In this document: positions 8,894 through 16,712 of the stretch, piece by piece
Numbering within the stretch: the first letter of the stretch is position 1
Layout: every line of letters starts with the position of its first letter
From: Rubrobacter sp.
GTDB lineage: Bacteria; Actinomycetota; Rubrobacteria; Rubrobacterales; Rubrobacteraceae
Assembly: GCA_016781885.1 (NCBI GenBank)
Contig: JADDPM010000001.1
Location: forward strand, 1 to 39,378
Reading direction: 5' to 3'
DNA length: 39,378 bases
Translations under genes and position numbers: made by a program
Notes under the pieces: model-generated
What the model saw: the letters and a program-made list of their open reading frames with translations, nothing else
Database searches by the model: none
What the model was told of the DNA's origin: nothing

Positions 8894-10468
8894 ATGAGCG
8901 AAGAAAACGGAAACCCGGACCGAGAAGCGCCCGCTAGCGTACCAGCGGACATGAACGCGGACGCGTCCACGAACGGCTCGCCCGCCAGGAAGCAGGAGGA
9001 GTTCCACCGGCCGCCGACGCGGCTGGAGAAGCTGCGAGCCAAGCTCGAGGTAGTGCCCCCAAGGCGGTTCTACGTGGGGTTGGTCCTCGCCATGTGGGCC
9101 TCACTGACGCTCCTGATCGGGGTGGACCTGCGCACAGTCACTGTGCCTAACCCGAACCCCTGGACCATGTTTCTGGGGGTCGGGATAGTGGTGGCGACCG
9201 AGATGTGGGTTATCTGGTATTTCCTGGAGCGGTTCGGAAAGAAGATCCTCCGGGCCAACGCTCTCATCCGCATCCTGCTCGCGGCCTCGCTTTTGATCCT
9301 CTTCACCGCGCTCGCCAGGATCTTCGTCTTGCTTTCGCTCCCGCCATACCTCATCCCGCTTGCAGGTTTGAGCATCCTCGGCACCATCCTCCTGGGGCCT
9401 CGGTTGATGTTCGTTATGGTCGTCATCACGAGCGTCAACGTCGGCATCATCGCGGACAGCGATTTCTTTCTTACTTCGGCGCTCCTACTGACGTCGGGGT
9501 TTGCGATCTACACGGTTCTGCGAGTGGGGCCACGGATAGAGCTATTGCGAGCCGGGCTGCTCATCGCCCTCGTCTCCGGGGTAGTTATGTTCGCGGTCGC
9601 CCTGATCGGGGGCGGCACCCTGAGGTTCGCAGCAGAGCTCGGCGGGATAGGGCTCGCCAACGGCCTCCTCTCCCTGATGCTCGCGATGGTCCTCTTGCCG
9701 CTTCTGGAGAACACGTTTAATATTCTCACGCCCCAGAAGCTCCTGGAGCTCTCCGACACGGGCCATCCCCTTCTGCAGAAGCTTCTGCGCGGCGCGACGG
9801 GGACCTTTACCCACTCTATGCAGGTCGGCTACCTTGCCGAGCACGCCGCGGAGCGCATAGGGGCAGACCCCCTGCTCGCGCGCGTGGGCGCTTACTACCA
9901 CGACGTCGGCAAGCTCGAGCATCCCAACTACTTTATAGAGAATCAGATCTCGCGTATAAACCCGCACACGACCCTCACCCCTGTCCTCTCCGCCCGGATC
10001 ATCAAACGCCACGTGAAGGACGGCGTGGAGCTCGGGCACGAGTGGAATCTGCCTCAAGAGGTACTGGACATGATCGCCGAACACCACGGCACGACCCGCA
10101 TCGAGTACTTCTACCGCACGGCCCTTCAGGATGCCGCCGCCAACGGCGCGACCGTCAACGAGACAGACTTCCGCTACCCGGGTCCCCGCCCGAAGAGCAA
10201 GGAGGCCGGCATCCTTATGCTCGCCGACTCCATAGAAGCGACCGTGAAGTCGCTCGACAAACCGACCCCCAAACGTATCGGGGACATCGTCAGCGGCACC
10301 ATTCGGGGCAAGCTCGAGGACGGCCAGTTCGACGAGTGCGAGCTGACGATGCGCGAGATCCACGAGACCGGCGAGGCCATCCTCGAAGCCCTCATAGGCT
10401 TTATAGGCCCCCGGATCGAGTACCCCGAAGCCCCCGCCGAAAAAACCCCTCCTTCCCCAACCCCCTGA
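8894..10468 (+). CDS. Membrane 7TM-HD phosphohydrolase, PgpH-like (probable cyclic-di-AMP phosphodiesterase)
   Basis: Several TM helices, then GTFTHS, YYHDVGK, YFIENQ, EHHGT, FRYPGPRP and MLADS motifs; phoH-HD-ybeY synteny. Confidence 0.88.
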   Translation: MSEENGNPDREAPASVPADMNADASTNGSPARKQEEFHRPPTRLEKLRAKLEVVPPRRFYVGLVLAMWASLTLLIGVDLRTVTVPNPNPWTMFLGVGIVVATEMWVIWYFLERFGKKILRANALIRILLAASLLILFTALARIFVLLSLPPYLIPLAGLSILGTILLGPRLMFVMVVITSVNVGIIADSDFFLTSALLLTSGFAIYTVLRVGPRIELLRAGLLIALVSGVVMFAVALIGGGTLRFAAELGGIGLANGLLSLMLAMVLLPLLENTFNILTPQKLLELSDTGHPLLQKLLRGATGTFTHSMQVGYLAEHAAERIGADPLLARVGAYYHDVGKLEHPNYFIENQISRINPHTTLTPVLSARIIKRHVKDGVELGHEWNLPQEVLDMIAEHHGTTRIEYFYRTALQDAAANGATVNETDFRYPGPRPKSKEAGILMLADSIEATVKSLDKPTPKRIGDIVSGTIRGKLEDGQFDECELTMREIHETGEAILEALIGFIGPRIEYPEAPAEKTPPSPTP

Positions 10469-10473
10469 GGCCG

Positions 10474-10893
10474 ATGACATTCTCCGTTGCCGTCGTGGAC
10501 GAGGTCGGGTACGACGGACTCACCCCCGAGCGGGCCACACAGCTTTGCATAGCCGCCTTCTTCGCCCGCGGCCTCGATGTGAACCGTATGGGTGAGGTCT
10601 CGGTCGCACTAGTGTCCCTGAACGTAATTCATGAGTTGAACCTGAAGTACAGGAACATAGACTCTCCGACCGACGTGTTGAGCTTCGAGATAGACGGGCC
10701 GTATGGGGAGATGGTTGGTGAGATCGTGGTAGCGCCCGAGTATGTGCGTTCCGACCGGGCCGGGGTCGAGGAGTTGGCGATCCACGGGGCGTTGCACCTT
10801 GCGGGAATGGACCACGGGGACGAGTTCGAGGGGACGGAGATGGCAGCTGTTCAGGAGATCGTATTGGGGGAGACCGGTGTTCGGGAGCGATAA
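10474..10893 (+). CDS. ybeY: rRNA maturation endoribonuclease YbeY
   Basis: LNLKYRNIDSPTDVLSF and HGALHLAGMDH motifs; ATG at 10474. Confidence 0.95.
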   Translation: MTFSVAVVDEVGYDGLTPERATQLCIAAFFARGLDVNRMGEVSVALVSLNVIHELNLKYRNIDSPTDVLSFEIDGPYGEMVGEIVVAPEYVRSDRAGVEELAIHGALHLAGMDHGDEFEGTEMAAVQEIVLGETGVRER

Positions 10894-11632
10894 GAAAGGA
10901 GGCACGAAGGGTACGAAGCCCGTGAAGGGGCAGCAGGGAGTTGCGCGCTCCTTCAACCACGCTTACCGGGGACTGGTCTACGCGGTGCGTACCCAGCGCA
11001 ACATGCGTTTTCACGTGGTCGCGTCGGCGGTCGTCCTGGTATTGAGCCTGCTCGTCGGGGCGAGCAGGCTAGAGCTGGCGCTGCTCGTGCTCGTCATCGC
11101 GGCCGTCTTCGTTACCGAGATGCTCAATACGGCCCTGGAGTTTACGGTGGACCTCGTAACTCGCGAGTATCATCCGCTCGCCAAGCTTGCCAAGGACGTC
11201 TCGGCGGGGGCCGTGCTCGTAACCAGCATCGCGGCGGTCGCAGTAGGGTACCTGATCCTGGGCGACGACCTAGGTCCTTTCTCACTAGAAACGCTGGAGC
11301 GTGTCCGTCGCTCTCCGGCTCACCTGACGCTGGTCGCGCTCGTGCTCGTGGCGATAGCCGTGCTCCTCGTAAAGGCGCTCACCCGCGCCCCGAACGCCTT
11401 CCTTGGCGGGATGCCCTCCGGGCATGCGGCGGTCTCGTTCGCCGGTTGGGTCGCGGCAAGCTTCATTGCAGCAGAGGGACACTACGCGGGTCTCATCTCC
11501 CTCATAACCCTCCTCATGGCCCTGCTGGTCTGCCAGAGCCGCGTCGAAGCCGGTATCCATACTACCTACCAGGTGACGGCCGGCGCTGCCATAGGCATCC
11601 TCCTCGCCGTGGCCGTCTTCCAACTCCTCTAG
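10877..11632 (+). CDS. dgkA: DgkA-family (diacylglycerol/undecaprenol) kinase fused to a PAP2-like phosphatase domain
   Basis: SF.HAY.GL, RNMRFH, EMLNTALE and AKLAKDVSAGAV motifs; C-terminal GMPSGHA and SRV...IH. Confidence 0.88.
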   Translation: MFGSDKKGGTKGTKPVKGQQGVARSFNHAYRGLVYAVRTQRNMRFHVVASAVVLVLSLLVGASRLELALLVLVIAAVFVTEMLNTALEFTVDLVTREYHPLAKLAKDVSAGAVLVTSIAAVAVGYLILGDDLGPFSLETLERVRRSPAHLTLVALVLVAIAVLLVKALTRAPNAFLGGMPSGHAAVSFAGWVAASFIAAEGHYAGLISLITLLMALLVCQSRVEAGIHTTYQVTAGAAIGILLAVAVFQLL

Positions 11633-11750
11633 CCGGCTCCGGGGCTTGCAAATAAATTACAAGCGAATACAAGAAACGGTCTTCTGTTCAGAATCGAACT
11701 ACCACTTCTAGTCTCTGACTCCGACCTTTGGTGCAACGCCCCGGCTCCGG
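11633..11750. repeat. 10-bp direct repeat CCGGCTCCGG flanking a 98-bp lower-GC segment (possible MITE-like insertion)
   Basis: Repeats at 11633-11642 and 11741-11750; insert ends GGC-TTGCA and (reverse complement) GGCGTTGCA. Confidence 0.5.
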
Positions 11751-11763
11751 TAGAATCAACCGC

Positions 11764-12159
11764 ATGGACCTGACTAACCTTATCGAAGCCGCGCGTGCCG
11801 CCTCCGGCAAGTCTTACGCTCCCTACAGCAACTTCCGGGTCGGAGCGGCGCTCCTGGCCGCAAACGGAGAGATATACGCCGGCTGCAACGTCGAGAACGC
11901 CTCCTATGGCCTGAGCATGTGCGCCGAGCGCACAGCCATCTTCGCAATGTTCGCCAACGCCATGGATGAGGACGAACGCAAGATCCGCGTGGTCGCGGTC
12001 GTAAGCCCGGACGCGGCGCCCTGCCTCCCGTGTGGGGCCTGCCGACAGGTATTGCGGGAGTTCGGGTGCGAGGAGGTCGTAGTGGAGGAAGGCGCGGGGA
12101 TTCGACGGTACCCGTTCGCGGAGTTGCTTCCGCACGCCTTCGGTTCGGAGGCGCTGTAA
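11764..12159 (+). CDS. cdd: Cytidine deaminase
   Basis: YAPYSNFRVGAA, GCNVENASY, CAE and PCGACRQ motifs; TAGAAT 7 nt before ATG 11764. Confidence 0.97.
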   Translation: MDLTNLIEAARAASGKSYAPYSNFRVGAALLAANGEIYAGCNVENASYGLSMCAERTAIFAMFANAMDEDERKIRVVAVVSPDAAPCLPCGACRQVLREFGCEEVVVEEGAGIRRYPFAELLPHAFGSEAL

Positions 12160-13064
12160 TGCAAGCTGGCACGAACGGTTTCAAGAGCGGCTTCATCGCG
12201 GTCGTAGGAAGGCCGAATGTCGGGAAGTCTACGCTGGTCAACCGGCTCGTCGGGGCGAAGGTCTCCATTACCTCGCCCCGGGCCCAGACTACGCGCAGCC
12301 CGATCCGGGGCGTCCGCAATGGCCAGGGGTACCAGGCGGTCTTCGTGGATACTCCTGGCTCCCAGAAACCCCGCGACACTCTTAGGAACCGCATGCAGCA
12401 ACAGGTCCTCGACAGCCTCTCCGAGTCCGACGTCGTGCTCGTACTCTTCGACGCGGCACAGGTGCAAGGGGCTCTCGGTACAGGCGACCGATACGTGGCC
12501 CGGCTCGTTTCCGAAGCTGGGACGCCTGCTATTGCCTGTCTGAACAAGGTGGACCTCCTGCGTGACCCGTCCGAGGCCTTCCCGGTCATCGAGGAGATCT
12601 CCGGGCTCGCGAAGTACGAGGACGTCTTCCTCTTGAGCGCGAAGCAGGGCCTCAACGTCAGGCCTCTTATAGAGACGGTGATCGGACTGTTACCGTCCGG
12701 TCCCCGCTACTTCCCGGAGGGGACGGTAACGGACTACCCGGAGTCGCTGGTGCTCGCCGAGTACGTTCGGGAGAAGGCGCTCGCCGTGCTGCGCGAGGAG
12801 GTGCCGCACGCCGTCGCCGTCGAGATAGACGAGGTCGAGCGCAAGGACAACGTTACGATCGTCTACGCTATCATCCACGTCGAGAGGGCGTCGCAGCGCA
12901 TGATTGTGCTCGGCAAACACGGCAAGACCATCAAGCTGATCGGCACCGAGGCCCGCCGCGATGTCGAACGTCTCCTCGGCACCCGCATCTACCTCAACTT
13001 GAAGGTAAAGATTACTCCTGGCTGGCGGAACGACCCGCGGTTCCTGGAGCGGTTGGGGTTATAA
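12159..13064 (+). CDS. era: GTPase Era
   Basis: GRPNVGKS, QTTR, DTPG, NKVD and a C-terminal KH domain; ATG overlaps the cdd stop. Confidence 0.97.
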   Translation: MQAGTNGFKSGFIAVVGRPNVGKSTLVNRLVGAKVSITSPRAQTTRSPIRGVRNGQGYQAVFVDTPGSQKPRDTLRNRMQQQVLDSLSESDVVLVLFDAAQVQGALGTGDRYVARLVSEAGTPAIACLNKVDLLRDPSEAFPVIEEISGLAKYEDVFLLSAKQGLNVRPLIETVIGLLPSGPRYFPEGTVTDYPESLVLAEYVREKALAVLREEVPHAVAVEIDEVERKDNVTIVYAIIHVERASQRMIVLGKHGKTIKLIGTEARRDVERLLGTRIYLNLKVKITPGWRNDPRFLERLGL

Positions 13065-13115
13065 TCCGGTCTGTAGCAGAGGCTGTGGACGTTTTTATTC
13101 CGAGGAGCGTGACCC

Positions 13116-13823
13116 GTGGGCATGAGGGTGCGGGAGTTTGCGAAGACCGTGGATCATACCCTCCTCAAACCGGACTCGGCGGAGACTGACGTGCGGCGGT
13201 TGTGCGAGGAGGCGGCGCACCACCACTTCGCGGCGGTGTGCGTGCTGCCGTGCTATGTAAGGCTCGCTTCGCGGGAGTTGCGCGGGACGGACGTGAAGGT
13301 GGCGACGGTGATCTCCTTTCCCTTTGGGGCGGATACGACAGCGGTTAAAGCGGCGGCGGTGCGTGATGCGATCCAGGGCGGGGCTGTCGAACTCGACGTG
13401 GTGATGAACGTCTCGAAGTTCCTCTCGGGGGATTTCGGATACGTGGCGGATGAGCTGAAGAGCCTCAACGGCGAGGTCGGGGCGGTGGCGATGAACAACG
13501 GGCTCAACGACGCCGTGTTAAAGGTCATTGTCGAGACGGGATATCTCTCGGACAAGATGAAGCGGCTGGCTGTCCAGATCGTGGCCGCCAGCGGCGCGGA
13601 TTTTATCAAGACCTCGACCGGCTTCGGACCCGTCGGGGCCACCACGGAGGACATCGCGCTTCTCAGGCAGGAGGCCCCCGAGGGGCTTGCGGTAAAGGCC
13701 GCCGGGGGGATACGGACGCTGGAGGACGCCCTGGATCTGCTTAACGCCGGGGCGTCGAGGATCGGGGCGAGCGGGAGCGTGGAGATCATGCGGGAGGCCG
13801 AAGATGGCGGTCTACAAGAGTAA
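13116..13823 (+). CDS. deoC: Deoxyribose-phosphate aldolase
   Basis: DHTLLKP, ADFIKTSTGF, VKAAGGIR and RIGAS motifs. Confidence 0.97.
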   Translation: MGMRVREFAKTVDHTLLKPDSAETDVRRLCEEAAHHHFAAVCVLPCYVRLASRELRGTDVKVATVISFPFGADTTAVKAAAVRDAIQGGAVELDVVMNVSKFLSGDFGYVADELKSLNGEVGAVAMNNGLNDAVLKVIVETGYLSDKMKRLAVQIVAASGADFIKTSTGFGPVGATTEDIALLRQEAPEGLAVKAAGGIRTLEDALDLLNAGASRIGASGSVEIMREAEDGGLQE

Positions 13824-14580
13824 GGGTATAGTCTTGCGCTCGATCCGCTACGGCGAGGCCGACCGCATCCTGGACCTCTACACTCGGGACTCCGGCCTCG
13901 TCTCGGCGATAGCCAAAGGTATCCGGCGCACCAAGTCGCGCTTCGGTGGCCGTCTCGAACCGCTGTCGTGCGTGGATTTCCTCGCCTATGAGGGCCGTAC
14001 TCTAGATACCGTAACTCAAGTCGAGGTCTTGCGCTCCTTCCACGGCGTGCGCGAAAACTTGAAGCGCCTCAAAGCGGCGGGCGGCATGATCTCCGCCGTC
14101 CGGGCTCTCTCCGGGGGAGACGAGGCTGACCGCCGGGTCTTCAACCTCCTCTACCACGCCCTCGACGCCCTTGAGAGCCGCGAGACAGACTTTGACGCCG
14201 TAGGCTCGGCCTTCGCCCTGAAGCTCTCGATCCTCGCTGGCTACACCCCTCGGCTCGACGCCTGCGTAAGCTGCGAGCGTGACCTCGCCGAGGTCACCGG
14301 CGAAGGCCCTCTCTACTTCGCCCCGCCTTTGGGTGGCGTACTCTGCGCCGGGTGCCGCTCCCCGAGCCGCGAGGCCGGTCTTGTCGGGGACTCCTTCCCC
14401 TTGTCGCCGGATACTCTCGCCGCGCTGCAAGACCTCGTGGTACGCCCTATCCGGGAGGTAGCCGTGGAGGATGGACTAGAGGAGAGCGTCCGACGGGTCG
14501 TCTCCGCGCACGTCCTCGCCCACGCCCCCGGCAACGCTTCCTTCGCCGCTCCCGACCGCCGCACGCTTCGCCCAGCATGA
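13804..14580 (+). CDS. recO: DNA repair protein RecO
   Basis: GIVLR...GEADRI, AKGIRRTKSRFGGRLEP and CxxC...CxxC zinc finger. Confidence 0.96.
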   Translation: MAVYKSKGIVLRSIRYGEADRILDLYTRDSGLVSAIAKGIRRTKSRFGGRLEPLSCVDFLAYEGRTLDTVTQVEVLRSFHGVRENLKRLKAAGGMISAVRALSGGDEADRRVFNLLYHALDALESRETDFDAVGSAFALKLSILAGYTPRLDACVSCERDLAEVTGEGPLYFAPPLGGVLCAGCRSPSREAGLVGDSFPLSPDTLAALQDLVVRPIREVAVEDGLEESVRRVVSAHVLAHAPGNASFAAPDRRTLRPA

Positions 14581-14629
14581 GGGAGAGAACCCCAGAAACG
14601 ACCAAGCCCCCGGCGCGGTGGGCCTCGAG

Positions 14630-15565
14630 ATGAGCGCCGGACGGCCAGTACCCGAGCCACCAGATGGAGTGCGCAATCCTTTCCAGCGTGACCGCGACCG
14701 CATCATCCACGCGAAGGCCTTTCGCCGCCTTATGCACAAGACGCAGGTCTTCATCTCTCCCGACGGCGACCACTTTCGCACCCGTCTAACGCACACTCTG
14801 GAGATGATGCAGATCTCCCGCACCATCGCCCGCTCTCTGGGCCTCAACGAAGACCTCACCGAAGCTATAGCTTTGGGCCACGACCTCGGCCACACCCCCT
14901 TCGGCCACACCGGCGAAGAGGCTCTCTCCCGCGTACTTGTGAACCTCGGCCACGGGCGGCGCGGCTTCAGGCACAACGAGCACTCTCTGAGGGTCGTGGA
15001 CGCTCTGGAGAAGGGAGGACAGGGATTGAACCTTACCCACGAGGTCAGGGACGGTATTCTCAACCATACCGGAAAGGGTTACCCTTCTACGCGAGAAGGT
15101 GAGATCGTACGCATCGCCGACCGGATAGCCTACGTAAACCACGACGTTGACGACGCTATCAGGGCGGGGGTCATCTCCTGGTCGGACCTCCCCAAAGAGC
15201 CCCTAGCCGTTCTCGGGGAACAGATGAGCGTGCGGATAGATACGCTGGTGCGCGACATGATCCTCACGTCGAGAGAGCGGGAGGAGATAGCCCTCTCCGA
15301 AGGGGTATACGAAGCCCTCATGCAACTGCGGACCTGGCTCTTCAAGAACGTCTACTACAACCCGCTCGCGCGCGAGAGCCGCAAGGCCGGGGCTGTGGTC
15401 GCCGCCCTCTTCGAGTACTATCTCGAAAGGCCCGAGGAGCGGGCGAAGAGCGACCCTGACCCCGTGACTGAGACCATAGACTTCGTCGCCGGCATGACCG
15501 ACCGTTACGCCCTCGCGACCTACAATCGTATCTTTCTGCCCCGCACCGACGCCATCTTTGACTAA
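14630..15565 (+). CDS. dgt: Deoxyguanosinetriphosphate triphosphohydrolase (short dGTPase; start ATG 14630 or GTG 14618)
   Basis: FQRDRDRIIH, KTQVF, RTRLTH, HDLGHTPFGH and AGMTD motifs. Confidence 0.95.
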   Translation: MSAGRPVPEPPDGVRNPFQRDRDRIIHAKAFRRLMHKTQVFISPDGDHFRTRLTHTLEMMQISRTIARSLGLNEDLTEAIALGHDLGHTPFGHTGEEALSRVLVNLGHGRRGFRHNEHSLRVVDALEKGGQGLNLTHEVRDGILNHTGKGYPSTREGEIVRIADRIAYVNHDVDDAIRAGVISWSDLPKEPLAVLGEQMSVRIDTLVRDMILTSREREEIALSEGVYEALMQLRTWLFKNVYYNPLARESRKAGAVVAALFEYYLERPEERAKSDPDPVTETIDFVAGMTDRYALATYNRIFLPRTDAIFD

Positions 15566-15626
15566 CGGCCAACCCCGACTCTCCGTGATAGAGAAGGGGT
15601 ATGCTAGATGAACTGGAGGATCTCTA

Positions 15627-16208
15627 TTGAATGCCGTGTGCGTGTTCTGCGGTTCCAGCGAAGGTCTACGTCCATCCTACACCGCGGCGGCGCGACGGAT
15701 GGGGGCGATGTTTGCGAGGCGGGGCATCCTGCTGGTCTACGGCGGGGGGAGGGTCGGGCTCATGGGCGTCTTGGCGGACGCAGCCCTGGAGGAGGGCGGC
15801 GAGGTCGTCGGCGTAATCCCCGAGGCACTCGTTGCCAGAGAGCTTGCCCACGCGAACCTCACGCAGCTGCATGTCGTCGGCTCGATGCACGAACGCAAGG
15901 CGCTCATGGCCGACCTTTCGGACGGCTTCGTCACGCTACCAGGAGGCTACGGGACGCTGGAGGAGTTCCTGGAGGTCCTCTCCTGGGCGCAGCTCAGCAT
16001 CCACAAGAAGCCGTGCGCTCTGCTCGACGTGGACGGCTACTGGGAGCCGCTCGCCGCGCTCTTCGACAAGGCCGTTACCGAGGGTTTCGTTCACCCGAAC
16101 CAGCGCTCCCTCGTCCTCACCGGAGAGGACCCGGAGCTACTGCTCGACCAGATGGAGAATTACACTCCACCGGAGATGAAGAAGTGGATCGAGCCGAAAG
16201 AGAGATAG
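15627..16208 (+). CDS. LOG family nucleotide phosphoribohydrolase
   Basis: CVFCGSS, VYGGG, MHERK and PGGYGTLEE motifs; GGAGGA SD before TTG. Confidence 0.95.
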   Translation: MNAVCVFCGSSEGLRPSYTAAARRMGAMFARRGILLVYGGGRVGLMGVLADAALEEGGEVVGVIPEALVARELAHANLTQLHVVGSMHERKALMADLSDGFVTLPGGYGTLEEFLEVLSWAQLSIHKKPCALLDVDGYWEPLAALFDKAVTEGFVHPNQRSLVLTGEDPELLLDQMENYTPPEMKKWIEPKER

Positions 16209-16712
16209 GCAGATCTAGCTAACGTTCGTAGCCGGTAACCGACAGATCCACCTGAGCCGCGCCGGCGCGCTCCCTGAAGAGACTCCTGCAGTAGGTTATC
16301 GGGCTAGGACTCATACTGCCTTCGCCGCTGAATACGATAGTAGGGCTCGACGATGTTCGAGTTAAAAGTACACCGGGAAAACCCGCGCGGTCCTGCCCAA
16401 CTCTTCCGGTTCGGTTTCACGAGCGAAGCGCAGCCGCTTGCAGGGCACACGGCCCTCCTTCGCTCCGAGCGTTCCTGTGCTCGATCACACGACCTGTTTG
16501 AATCTCTCCCGAGCAGGTTTACGCCGCGTTCAAAGTCTCGTTCTTCTTGACGCTCACCCCAACGGGTAGATTCGCAAAATCCCGCCACACGCTCCCCCAC
16601 TAACCGCCCTGGTACCGTCGCTCGCGCTCTACAGCAAAATCCGCCCTGTTCTGCATCGTGAGTCACCGGTAATATTCGTGCGGATCGGACGACGAAGGAG
16701 GAACGGCAGAAT

